A DNA stretch of 64,000 nucleotides, taken from Candidatus Phocaeicola excrementigallinarum. GTDB taxonomy: Bacteria; Bacteroidota; Bacteroidia; Bacteroidales; Bacteroidaceae. Position 1 is the stretch's first letter. Every line of letters begins with the position of its first letter. A program made the translations under genes and the position numbers. Below the pieces are notes generated by a model. It worked only from the letters and a program-made list of their open reading frames with translations. It was not told the origin of the DNA and did not search any database. The stretch is from contig DWVR01000051.1 of the NCBI GenBank assembly GCA_019120125.1, forward strand, positions 5,618 to 69,617. The letters are read 5' to 3'. Below are positions 53,799-63,120 of this stretch, in pieces.

Positions 53799-54866
53799 AT
53801 GGAACTCGAATTGCAACCCATCGAATTGGAAGGTGTATCAAAAGAACGGCCTTTGGTCATTGCAGGCCCCTGCAGTGCCGAAACAGAAGAACAGGTGATG
53901 ACAACCGCCAGACAACTGGCCGACAAAGGTGTCAAGATTTTCCGTGCAGGCATCTGGAAACCGCGCACCAAACCGGGAGGATTCGAAGGAATCGGTGTGG
54001 ACGGACTGGCCTGGCTGAAAGAAGTGAAGCAGGAAACGGGAATGTATGTCACCACCGAAGTGGCTACGGCCAAACACGTGTATGAAAGTCTGAAAGCCGG
54101 CATCGACATTCTTTGGATCGGAGCACGTACCACTGCCAATCCGTTTGCAGTGCAGGAAATCGCCGATGCGCTGAAAGGAGTGGACATTCCGGTCCTGGTC
54201 AAGAACCCGGTCAATCCGGATCTGGAACTGTGGATAGGCGCACTGGAACGCATCAACAACGCGGGACTGAAACGCATCGGAGCCATCCACCGCGGATTCT
54301 CTTCGTACGACAAGAAGATCTACCGCAACCTGCCACAATGGCATATCCCCATCGAGTTGCGCCGCCGCATCCCGGCACTGCCGATTCTGTGCGACCCGAG
54401 CCACATCGGAGGGAAGCGTGAGCTGATAGCACCCCTCTGCCAGCAGGCCATGGACCTGGGGTTCGACGGTCTGATTGTGGAATCGCACTGCAATCCGGAC
54501 GCGGCATGGAGCGACGCCGCACAACAGGTTACTCCGGACATCCTCGACTATATCCTGAACCTGCTGGTCATCCGCTCGGAACACCAGAGCACGGAAAACC
54601 TGAACGACCTGCGCCGCCAGATTGACGAATGCGACAACGAGCTGATGGACATTCTGGCAAAACGTATGCGCGTATGCCGCGAAATCGGTACATTCAAGAA
54701 AGAGCACAACATGACCATCCTGCAGACCGGACGATACAACGAGATTCTGGACAAACGCGGCGCGCAAGGCGCGCTTTGTGGCATGGACTCCGACTTCGTG
54801 AAACAGGTATTCGAGCTGATTCATGAAGAAAGTGTGCGCCAGCAAATGGAAATCATCAATAAGTAA
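53799..54866 (+). CDS. Bifunctional 3-deoxy-7-phosphoheptulonate (DAHP) synthase / chorismate mutase type II
   Basis: 355 aa. N-terminal type I-beta DAHPS (VIAGPCSAE, CDPSH) and a C-terminal CM_2 segment (LRRQIDECDNELMDILAKRMRV). Confidence 0.9.
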   Translation: MELELQPIELEGVSKERPLVIAGPCSAETEEQVMTTARQLADKGVKIFRAGIWKPRTKPGGFEGIGVDGLAWLKEVKQETGMYVTTEVATAKHVYESLKAGIDILWIGARTTANPFAVQEIADALKGVDIPVLVKNPVNPDLELWIGALERINNAGLKRIGAIHRGFSSYDKKIYRNLPQWHIPIELRRRIPALPILCDPSHIGGKRELIAPLCQQAMDLGFDGLIVESHCNPDAAWSDAAQQVTPDILDYILNLLVIRSEHQSTENLNDLRRQIDECDNELMDILAKRMRVCREIGTFKKEHNMTILQTGRYNEILDKRGAQGALCGMDSDFVKQVFELIHEESVRQQMEIINK

Positions 54867-54922
54867 CATCCAACCGGTGAATGACCCATTCGGTCATTCA
54901 CTCTTAATCATCAACTGTTGAA

Positions 54923-55696
54923 ATGAGAATACTGATCCTGGGAGCCGGGAAAATGGGCTCCTTCTTTACCGACGTGCTGAGCTTCGAGCACGAAGTGGCC
55001 GTATATGACATCAATCCGCAGCGCCTGCGGTTCATGTACAACTGTTACCGTTTTACGGAAATCGAGGAAATCGAGAAATTCAAGCCCGAACTGGTCATCA
55101 ACGCCGCTACGGTAAAATATACGCTCGATGCGTTCCGGCAGGTGCTCCCCGTGCTGCCGAAGGACTGCATCATCAGCGACATCGCTTCCGTGAAGACCAA
55201 CCTGAAAGAGTTTTACGAGAACTGCGGGTTCCGCTACGTGTCGACCCACCCGATGTTCGGACCGACTTTCGCCAATCTGGACAAACTGAGCGAGGAAAAT
55301 GCCATCATCATCAAAGAGGGAGACCATCTGGGACGCATTTTCTTCAAGGACCTTTACCAGCGTCTGGGGCTGAACATCTTTGAATATACGTTCGAGGAGC
55401 ATGACGAGACAGTGGCCTACTCGCTGTCCATCCCCTTTGTCTCCACTTTCGTGTTCGCCGCAGTGATGAAGCATCAGGACGCGCCGGGAACCACTTTCAA
55501 GCGCCACATGTCGATTGCCCGGGGAGTGCTCAGCGAGGACGACTACCTGCTGCAGGAAATACTCTTCAATCCGCGCACACCGGCACAAGTGGAAGGAATC
55601 CGTACGGAACTGAACGAACTGCTGGACATCATCAGTCGCAAGGATACGGAAGGGATACATGCCTATCTTGGCAAGATTCGCAGTCACATAAAATGA
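54923..55696 (+). CDS. tyrA: Prephenate dehydrogenase
   Basis: 257 aa. MRILILGAGKMGSF Rossmann motif, SVK...HPMFGP motif. Confidence 0.8.
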   Translation: MRILILGAGKMGSFFTDVLSFEHEVAVYDINPQRLRFMYNCYRFTEIEEIEKFKPELVINAATVKYTLDAFRQVLPVLPKDCIISDIASVKTNLKEFYENCGFRYVSTHPMFGPTFANLDKLSEENAIIIKEGDHLGRIFFKDLYQRLGLNIFEYTFEEHDETVAYSLSIPFVSTFVFAAVMKHQDAPGTTFKRHMSIARGVLSEDDYLLQEILFNPRTPAQVEGIRTELNELLDIISRKDTEGIHAYLGKIRSHIK

Positions 55697-55710
55697 TACG
55701 AACAAAAAAA

Positions 55711-55743
55711 CAGGCGTGCCCTCCCGAGGAAAAGACACGCCTG
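55711..55743. terminator. Short hairpin between convergent genes (8-bp stem flanked by A- and T-runs)
   Basis: CAGGCGTG (55711-55718) pairs with CACGCCTG (55736-55743). It is preceded by AAAAAAA and followed by CTTTT. Confidence 0.4.
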
Positions 55744-55759
55744 CTTTTATCGTATCGAC

Positions 55760-56320
55760 CTAGAATCTATATCCTACTCCGATTGAGAAGTTCATATTCT
55801 TCGGATGATCTGTCGAAACGATCTGTTCCAACGGAGAAATAAAACCGTGCTGTGCTGCAAAATTAACCAAATAGTGGTCAGACAGTTCAAAGCCCACTCC
55901 CCACTGGAAACCGAAATCTCCACGTTTCCAACCGTCGAATACCTTCGACTCATAATCATCATGTTTATTCTTTCCTCCCAGCCCGATTGCCACATAAGGA
56001 CCCGCATTGATTACGAACCGGGCATTCTCTGTGAGAGTAATCTTATAGGCAGCCAAAATAGGAATATCCATATAAACAGGACGCACTTTCCATCCACCGT
56101 TCTTATAGCCTCTCGATGTGAACATCAGTCCCGGCTGGAACGCCCAACTTTCATTGAATTCATAATCCATGCCCGCCCCCAACGTAAATCCAGGCAAGGC
56201 TTTCACGTCCCGCTGAGTCATGTTGCTGAAATTCAAACCCAACTTCACATCCCATCTCCATTGGGAGAAACCCACTAAGGCAACCATCGCCAAAACGCAT
56301 GTCAACAATAGTTTTCTCAT
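55760..56320 (-). CDS. Small outer-membrane beta-barrel (porin/Opa-like family) protein
   Basis: 186 aa, signal peptide, alternating amphipathic beta-strands, C-terminal ...SIGVGYRF. Confidence 0.75.
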   Translation of the reverse strand: MRKLLLTCVLAMVALVGFSQWRWDVKLGLNFSNMTQRDVKALPGFTLGAGMDYEFNESWAFQPGLMFTSRGYKNGGWKVRPVYMDIPILAAYKITLTENARFVINAGPYVAIGLGGKNKHDDYESKVFDGWKRGDFGFQWGVGFELSDHYLVNFAAQHGFISPLEQIVSTDHPKNMNFSIGVGYRF

Positions 56321-56538
56321 AGCCGTAAAGTGTTTTCAGGCGGGCTTCCGTGACACCTGATTCTGAAAATCCTGACGGAAAGGACGGAAGCTTCTCTCCC
56401 TTTTCCTGAAAAAAGGCAGACTACCTCTCCGTAAATCTCCTTACCACAAAATTACAAAATATCCGCAAAAAAGCAAACATGCAAAGGCTTGATTTCAAAC
56501 GGGGAAAGGACAGGAAAAACACCTTGACGTTTTCCGTG

Positions 56539-58038
56539 TCAGAGTTTCAGCTTCTTGGATACCGGTTTCGACTCATTGTGCAGACGGTCGAGCGCCGTCA
56601 CCACATAACGGTATTTTGTCTTTCCGTCCTCGTACGGAAGCTTATAGAACTCATTGCGCGTGATGGCCACGATACGTGTGGCATCGTCCAGATTCACTTT
56701 CTCCTTGCGCAGGAAACGGTACACCACATAATGTGTGGCCTCGTCCATCACAGTCTTTGCCTTCGGAGCCGACCAGAAAAGGATATACCCGTCTTCCGTC
56801 CACACCGGTTTGAGCTTGCGCACCTTTCCGGGAGCCTTGTCATCGATAAAAGGCGATGCGGGCCACAGCGCGGGGAACTTGTGATATTTGTCAGCCAACA
56901 TATCCCGATAGTTCCCCTTATTCTCCACCACAGCGGCCGCATACCACAGACAGCTTCCCTGTACTGTAGGCAACGAACGCTGTAACTTGAACTTGGCAGG
57001 AGTCTGGTTCTGTCCCGCATTCTTCGGATCAGGCTTTGTCACCGTACGCATCACGTCCTGCCCGATGTACAGCGGACGCGCGGACGCGTTCCTGGCCCAC
57101 CAACGGACCAGCGTATCATAGTCAGCGGCCGGATGCCCGATCTCCCAATAAATCTGAGGTATGTTGTAGTCCACCCATCCGTTGTTCACCCACAACAGCA
57201 CATCTGCGTACAAATCGTCGTAGTTCTGAAGGCCGTTCGTGTCACTCCCGTTCGGATTGCTTTTCTTGTTCCGGTAAATTCCGAAAGGCGATACCCCGAA
57301 CTTCACCCACGGCTTCGTGTCACGTACCGTCTCATGGATCTCCTTGATCAGCACATTCACGTTGTCACGTCTCCAGTCGCCACGGTCGGTAAATCCCCTC
57401 CCGTATGCAGCAAAGCTCAAGTCGTCGGGGAACTTCTCGCCCGGATTGGGATAAGGATAGAAATAATCGTCCATGTGGATGGCATCGATGTCGTAACGGC
57501 TCACAATGTCGCGCACAATCTTGCAGATGTACTTGCGCGACTCTGGCAGACCCGGGTCAAAATAAAGCTGTCCCGCATATTCCACGAACCATTCGGGATG
57601 CGTGTTGTACGGATGAAGAGGCGACAGCGCGGTCGTGCCCTTCGTTTTCGCCCGGTAAGGATTGATCCACGCGTGAATCTCCATGCCGCGCTTGTGGCAT
57701 TCTTCCACCATGAACTGCAAGGGATCCCACACCGGAGACGGTGCCTTTCCCTGCACTCCCGTCAGGAAACGGCTCCACGGCTCATAGGGAGATTTGTACA
57801 ATGCATCCGCCTCAGCCCTCACCTGAAAGATGATGGCATTCACACCCGCGCCTTTCAGATTGTCAAGCTGTTCCGTCAATGTTTTCCTCATCTGCCCGGC
57901 AGGCATTCCCTGAAACTGCCCGTTCACACACTGGATCCATGCCCCGCGGAACTCGCGCTTGGGATACATTTCTTGGGCATACGCCGTATGGATGCCCAAC
58001 AGTATCACCCACACGGCCAACAAGTTTTTCAGTCTCAT
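56539..58038 (-). CDS. GHL10/YddW-like (UPF0748, family-10-like glycosyl hydrolase) protein
   Basis: About 499 aa from MRLKNLL. EFRGAWI start of the TIM-barrel-like domain, IHAWINPY, HMDDYFYP. The start at 58038 fits the promoter box at 58082-58089. The ORF-track start is 58074. Confidence 0.8.
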   Translation of the reverse strand: MRLKNLLAVWVILLGIHTAYAQEMYPKREFRGAWIQCVNGQFQGMPAGQMRKTLTEQLDNLKGAGVNAIIFQVRAEADALYKSPYEPWSRFLTGVQGKAPSPVWDPLQFMVEECHKRGMEIHAWINPYRAKTKGTTALSPLHPYNTHPEWFVEYAGQLYFDPGLPESRKYICKIVRDIVSRYDIDAIHMDDYFYPYPNPGEKFPDDLSFAAYGRGFTDRGDWRRDNVNVLIKEIHETVRDTKPWVKFGVSPFGIYRNKKSNPNGSDTNGLQNYDDLYADVLLWVNNGWVDYNIPQIYWEIGHPAADYDTLVRWWARNASARPLYIGQDVMRTVTKPDPKNAGQNQTPAKFKLQRSLPTVQGSCLWYAAAVVENKGNYRDMLADKYHKFPALWPASPFIDDKAPGKVRKLKPVWTEDGYILFWSAPKAKTVMDEATHYVVYRFLRKEKVNLDDATRIVAITRNEFYKLPYEDGKTKYRYVVTALDRLHNESKPVSKKLKL

Positions 58039-58081
58039 TTTTTCTGTTATTTCCGATTTGTTTACATTCTTCAAACGTTCG

Positions 58082-58089
58082 CAAAGATA
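58082..58089 (-). promoter_or_regulatory. Candidate -7 box (minus strand TATCTTTG) for the GHL10-like gene
   Basis: TAnnTTTG match 44 nt upstream of the ATG at 58038. Confidence 0.3.
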
Positions 58090-58122
58090 GCCAAAATACA
58101 GAAGAATCTAACAAAAAGTCGT

Positions 58123-58130
58123 TATCTTTG
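58123..58130 (+). promoter_or_regulatory. Candidate -7 box TATCTTTG upstream of uvrA
   Basis: TAnnTTTG match 25 nt before the ATG at 58155. Confidence 0.4.
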
Positions 58131-58154
58131 CGCGTCCAACCAATCAAGAAAAAC

Positions 58155-60932
58155 ATGTCGGAGAGTAAGTGCATAAGTATCAAAGGAGCAAAGGTCAACA
58201 ACCTGAAGAATATCGACGTCGACATTCCGCGTGACAACCTGGTGGTCATCACCGGGTTATCGGGTTCCGGCAAGTCGTCACTGGCGTTCGACACGCTTTA
58301 TGCCGAAGGACAGCGGCGCTACGTGGAAAGTCTTTCCTCGTACGCGCGCCAGTTTCTGGGACGTATGGGCAAGCCGGAATGCGACTTCATCAAAGGCATT
58401 CCACCTGCCATCGCCATCGAACAGAAGGTCATCAGCCGTAATCCGCGCTCCACGGTAGGCACCTCAACGGAAATCTATGAATATCTCCGCCTGCTTTTCG
58501 CGCGGATCGGAAAGACCTACTCCCCGATAAGCGGCAGACTGGTGAAGAAGGACAGTCCGGAGGACATCGTCAACTGCATGCTGGCCCATCCTGAAGGAAT
58601 GCGCTACACCGTGCTCACGCCGATCCTTCCACGGGACGGGCGCTCCTACGAGGAACAGCTCGACATGGACCTGAAGCAGGGATTCACCCGGCTGGAAGTA
58701 AACGGCGAGATTGTCCGCATTGAGGACTACACCTATAATGAGAAAGACACAATCTACCTGTTGATCGACCGCATGACCTGCGATGACAGCAAGGATTCCA
58801 TCAGTCGTCTGACCGACTCGGCCGAAACGGCGATGTACGAAGGTGACGGCACCTGCCTGCTGCGCTTCTATCTGCCTGACCGTACCACGGAACTGCATTC
58901 CTTCAGCACCAAGTTCGAAGCCGACGGCATGAAGTTTGAAGAACCGAGCGACCAGATGTTCTCGTTCAACTCACCCATCGGCGCCTGCCCCACCTGCGAA
59001 GGATTCGGAAAAATCATCGGAATAGACGAGCATCTGGTCGTTCCGAACAGGGCGTTGAGTGTATACGACGGCGCGGTGCTTTGCTGGCGCGGAGAAAAGA
59101 TGGGCGAATGGCTCAACGAGTTCCTGCGTGAGGCTCCCGCACACGACTTCCCCATATTCACCCCGTACTACGAGCTGACCCAGGAACAGAAAGACTACCT
59201 GTGGCACGGCCCACGCGAAAAAGCCTGCATCGACTCTTTCTTCAAGATGCTTGAAGAGAACCAATACAAAATCCAATACCGTGTCATGCTGGCCCGCTAT
59301 AGGGGAAAGACCCTCTGCCCCACCTGCCACGGAAGCCGGCTGAAAAAAGAGGCGGACTATGTGCGCGTGGGTGGGAAAAACATTTCTGAACTGGTGGAAA
59401 TGCCCATATACCAGCTGAAAGAGTTCTTCCGTACGATAGACCTGGACGAGCACGACCGCACGGTCGCGAAGCGCTTGCTGGACGAAATAAACAACCGGCT
59501 TGGCTTCCTTGACAATGTGGGACTGAGCTACCTGACTCTCAACCGCCTCAGCAACACTTTGTCCGGAGGAGAAAGCCAGCGGATCAATCTGGCCACATCG
59601 CTGGGCAGCAGCCTGGTGGGTTCACTCTACATCCTTGACGAACCGAGCATCGGACTCCACAGCCGCGACACTGCCCGCCTCATCAAAGTGTTGCGCCAGT
59701 TGCAACAGCTTGGGAACACAGTGGTTGTGGTGGAACACGACGAGGAAATCATCCGCGCCGCCGACTACATCATCGACATCGGTCCAAAAGCCGGGAGACT
59801 GGGAGGAAAGATCGTCTATCAGGGCGACATGAAAGATCTGAGGCCGGGCAGCGACAGCTATACGGTGAAATATCTGTTGGGAGAAGAGACCATCAGACGC
59901 CCCAAGACACACCGGGCATGGAACAACTACATCGAGATAAGGGGAGCGAGAGAAAACAACCTGAAAGGTATTGACGTACGCTTTCCGCTCAATGTGATGA
60001 CCGTAGTGACCGGCGTCAGCGGTTCCGGCAAAAGCACGCTGGTACGCGACATCTTCTACAAGGCACTGAAACGCGAATACAGCGAGGTGAGCGACCGTCC
60101 GGGAGAGTTCCTCTCCATCGGCGGTGACATCAAGCAGGTGAACGACATTGAGTTCGTGGACCAGAATCCGATCGGAAAATCATCACGAAGCAATCCGGTG
60201 ACATACATCAAAGCCTACGACGAGATCCGCAAACTGCTGGCCGACCAGCCGCTGGCGAGACAGATGGGCTACACGGCAGGCCATTTCTCGTTCAACACCG
60301 AAGGCGGACGGTGCGAGGAATGCAAGGGAGAAGGCACCATTACGGTCGAGATGCAGTTCATGGCCGATCTCGTGCTGGAATGTGAGTCATGCCACGGAAA
60401 ACGTTTCAAGAAAGAGACACTGGAAGTGAGATTCGAAGGAAAGAATGTGTACGACATATTGGAAATGACAGTCGACCAGGCCATCGAGTTCTTCTCAGAG
60501 CATAACCAGAAAAAAATCGCGAAAAAGCTCCAGCCCCTGCAGGATGTCGGTCTGGGCTACATCAAATTGGGACAGTCATCGTCCACACTGTCGGGAGGAG
60601 AGAACCAGCGCGTGAAACTGGCTTATTTCCTGAGCATCGAAAAGGCGAAGCCCACCATCTTCGTATTCGACGAACCGACCACAGGCCTTCATTTCCATGA
60701 CATCAGGAAACTTCTCCACGTATTCGACGCGCTCATCAGTCGCGGACATACCATCGTCATCATTGAACACAACATGGATGTCATCAAATGCGCGGACTAT
60801 GTCATCGACCTGGGACCGGAAGGAGGAGAAATGGGAGGAAATCTGGTCGTGGCCGGCACACCGGAAGAGGTGGCCGCCTGCGCGGTGTCTTACACGGGAC
60901 AATTCCTTAAAGAGAAACTGACAGAAGGATAA
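58155..60932 (+). CDS. uvrA: Excinuclease ABC subunit A
   Basis: 925 aa from MSESKCISIKGAKVNNLKNIDVDIPR. GLSGSGKSSLAFDTLYAEGQRRY, zinc-finger CxxC pairs, second ABC domain GVSGSGKST, LSGGE signatures. Confidence 0.95.
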   Translation: MSESKCISIKGAKVNNLKNIDVDIPRDNLVVITGLSGSGKSSLAFDTLYAEGQRRYVESLSSYARQFLGRMGKPECDFIKGIPPAIAIEQKVISRNPRSTVGTSTEIYEYLRLLFARIGKTYSPISGRLVKKDSPEDIVNCMLAHPEGMRYTVLTPILPRDGRSYEEQLDMDLKQGFTRLEVNGEIVRIEDYTYNEKDTIYLLIDRMTCDDSKDSISRLTDSAETAMYEGDGTCLLRFYLPDRTTELHSFSTKFEADGMKFEEPSDQMFSFNSPIGACPTCEGFGKIIGIDEHLVVPNRALSVYDGAVLCWRGEKMGEWLNEFLREAPAHDFPIFTPYYELTQEQKDYLWHGPREKACIDSFFKMLEENQYKIQYRVMLARYRGKTLCPTCHGSRLKKEADYVRVGGKNISELVEMPIYQLKEFFRTIDLDEHDRTVAKRLLDEINNRLGFLDNVGLSYLTLNRLSNTLSGGESQRINLATSLGSSLVGSLYILDEPSIGLHSRDTARLIKVLRQLQQLGNTVVVVEHDEEIIRAADYIIDIGPKAGRLGGKIVYQGDMKDLRPGSDSYTVKYLLGEETIRRPKTHRAWNNYIEIRGARENNLKGIDVRFPLNVMTVVTGVSGSGKSTLVRDIFYKALKREYSEVSDRPGEFLSIGGDIKQVNDIEFVDQNPIGKSSRSNPVTYIKAYDEIRKLLADQPLARQMGYTAGHFSFNTEGGRCEECKGEGTITVEMQFMADLVLECESCHGKRFKKETLEVRFEGKNVYDILEMTVDQAIEFFSEHNQKKIAKKLQPLQDVGLGYIKLGQSSSTLSGGENQRVKLAYFLSIEKAKPTIFVFDEPTTGLHFHDIRKLLHVFDALISRGHTIVIIEHNMDVIKCADYVIDLGPEGGEMGGNLVVAGTPEEVAACAVSYTGQFLKEKLTEG

Positions 60933-60948
60933 ACGGAAAAACCACACC

Positions 60949-62376
60949 ATGTATATTGACAAGATACAACAGCTTTACCGGCAATATGCGGGACATCTTC
61001 CACAAACAGTGGAAGAATTGCCCGGCGCCGGCTCCAACCGGAAGTATTTCCGGATAAAAGATTCCACGGACTGCATCGGAGTATACGGTACTTCCATAGA
61101 AGAAAACGATGCGTTCCTCTATCTTTCAACACATTTCCGGAACAAAAGACTCCCGGTGCCCGAAGTGTACGCCATATCAGGCGACCGCCTCTGCTATCTT
61201 CAGGAGGATCTGGGTGACACCCAACTGTTCCAGCTCATCCAGCAAGCGCGGCAAACAGAATACGATGATAATCTGATGCACCTGCTTGAACAGACCATCC
61301 GCCAATTGCCACGTTTCCAGTTTGAAGGAAGCGAAGGAATGGATTTCAACAAATGCTATCCTCCTGTACCCTTTAACCGGAGAAGCGTTTTATGGGACCT
61401 GAATTACTTCAAATATTGTTTTCTGAAAACCACTGGTGTGGAATTTCAAGAAAACACTTTGGAGAACGATTTTGAACGGATGTGCGACATTCTGCTCGCT
61501 GAACCATCCGACCACACTTTCATGTACCGCGACTTCCAAAGCCGCAATGTCATGATAAAGGAGGGAACTCCTTATTTCATCGACTTTCAGGGAGGACGGA
61601 AAGGTCCTTTCCATTACGATGTAGCTTCGTTCCTTTGGCAGGCAAAAGCCAATTTTCCCGACACGGTACGCCAACATCTGATTGATGTCTATCTGGACGC
61701 GCTCCAGTCCTTCAAGCCGATGGATAAGGAAACATTCAGCGCGCGTCTCCGCCATTTCGTACTGTTCCGTACCCTTCAGGTGTTGGGCGCATACGGTTTC
61801 AGAGGCTATTTTGAACAAAAGACCCATTTCATCCAAAGCGTACCATTTGCCATAGAAAACCTACGGAGACTTCTGGAAAACGATTTCAAAGAGTATCCTT
61901 ATCTGTGCGGACTCCTGTGCCAGATGACCGAGCTTCCGCAATTCATTTATGAAAGGAACAAAAAGAGACTTACCGTTACGGTCATGAGCTTTTCCTACAA
62001 AAAAGGAATTCCCGAAGACGAAAGCGGAAACGGAGGAGGATATGTGTTCGACTGCCGGGCCGTACACAATCCGGGACGCTATGAACAATACAAGTCACTG
62101 ACCGGACTTGACGGACCCGTCATCCGCTTTCTGGAAGAGGACGGCGAGATCACCACTTTCCTGACACACGTGGACGCACTGGCAGACGCGCATGTGGACC
62201 GTTACATCGAACGGGGATTCAGCCATCTGTCCATATATTTCGGATGCACAGGAGGCCAGCACCGTTCTGTCTACTCCGCCCAGCATGTGGCAGAACACCT
62301 GCACCGGAAATTCAATGTCAACGTACGGTTGATACACCGCGAACAACACATAGAACAGTACTTCAAATCCAAATAA
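60949..62376 (+). CDS. Fusion protein: AmgK-like sugar/aminoglycoside-type phosphotransferase N-domain plus RapZ C-terminal-like domain
   Basis: 475 aa. N-terminal GSNRKYFRI, YRDFQSRNVMI, YFIDFQGG kinase motifs. C-terminal MSFSYKKGIP...YVFDCRAVHNPGRY...LTGLDGPV...GCTGGQHRSVY matches the RapZ (YhbJ) C-domain pattern. Confidence 0.75.
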   Translation: MYIDKIQQLYRQYAGHLPQTVEELPGAGSNRKYFRIKDSTDCIGVYGTSIEENDAFLYLSTHFRNKRLPVPEVYAISGDRLCYLQEDLGDTQLFQLIQQARQTEYDDNLMHLLEQTIRQLPRFQFEGSEGMDFNKCYPPVPFNRRSVLWDLNYFKYCFLKTTGVEFQENTLENDFERMCDILLAEPSDHTFMYRDFQSRNVMIKEGTPYFIDFQGGRKGPFHYDVASFLWQAKANFPDTVRQHLIDVYLDALQSFKPMDKETFSARLRHFVLFRTLQVLGAYGFRGYFEQKTHFIQSVPFAIENLRRLLENDFKEYPYLCGLLCQMTELPQFIYERNKKRLTVTVMSFSYKKGIPEDESGNGGGYVFDCRAVHNPGRYEQYKSLTGLDGPVIRFLEEDGEITTFLTHVDALADAHVDRYIERGFSHLSIYFGCTGGQHRSVYSAQHVAEHLHRKFNVNVRLIHREQHIEQYFKSK

Positions 62377-62382
62377 GTCATT

Positions 62383-63120
62383 ATGAAAGCCATGATATTC
62401 GCCGCCGGACTGGGGACCCGGCTGAAACCCCTCACCGACCATACACCGAAAGCATTGGTATGCGTGGCGGGACGGCCAATGCTGGAACATGTCATCCTGA
62501 AACTGAAAGCGGAAGGATTTACGGAAATTGTGGTCAACATCCACCACTTCGGACAACAGATCATTGATTTTCTGGAAGCGAACCGACACTTCGGCCTGAA
62601 CATCCATATCAGTGACGAGCGTGACCAGCTGCTGGACACTGGAGGAGGCATCAGAAAAGCATCCATGTTTTTCCAGGGAAATGAACCGTTCCTTGTACAC
62701 AATGTGGACATCCTTTCAAACATGGACCTGAAAGCACTCTACCAGCACCATCTTGATGAAAAGAACGATGCTACCTTGCTGGTCAGCGAACGCATCACCA
62801 CCCGCTACCTGATGTTCGACGATACAGGCCGGTTGCAAGGGTGGCTCAACACAAAGACAGGAGAGACCAAGCCGGAAGGATTCATCTACAGGCCCGGACA
62901 ATACAAGGAATATGCTTTCAGTGGAATCCATGTACTCTCGCCATCCATATTCCACTATATGAAAGGACGCTGGACCGGAAAATTCTCCATCATGGATTTT
63001 TACCTGCAAAACTGCCACAAAGCCATGCTAAAAAGCTGCTTTTCCCCCGACCTCCGGTTGATTGACATCGGCAAGCCCGATACTCTGGCACAAGCTGAAA
63101 GATTCATCAATACCATGTGA
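62383..63120 (+). CDS. Sugar-1-phosphate nucleotidyltransferase (MurU-like)
   Basis: 245 aa. MIFAAGLGTRLKPLTDHTPKALV nucleotidyltransferase signature. Starts 6 nt after the kinase gene. Confidence 0.75.
   Translation: MKAMIFAAGLGTRLKPLTDHTPKALVCVAGRPMLEHVILKLKAEGFTEIVVNIHHFGQQIIDFLEANRHFGLNIHISDERDQLLDTGGGIRKASMFFQGNEPFLVHNVDILSNMDLKALYQHHLDEKNDATLLVSERITTRYLMFDDTGRLQGWLNTKTGETKPEGFIYRPGQYKEYAFSGIHVLSPSIFHYMKGRWTGKFSIMDFYLQNCHKAMLKSCFSPDLRLIDIGKPDTLAQAERFINTM

Noticed and set aside
53838-54869. 343-aa minus-strand ORF
   Set aside because: It is antisense to the DAHP synthase/chorismate mutase gene.
57879-58154. 92-codon upstream extension of uvrA (similar extensions at 890-934, 3357-3404, 25519-25593, 30465-30566, 50427-50501, 36361-36390, 42829-42942)
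   Set aside because: Conserved N-termini or signal peptides begin at the internal ATGs, and the extensions overlap promoter-like boxes or neighbouring genes.
57133-58176. 347-aa plus-strand ORF
   Set aside because: It is antisense to the GHL10-like gene and runs through the divergent promoter region.
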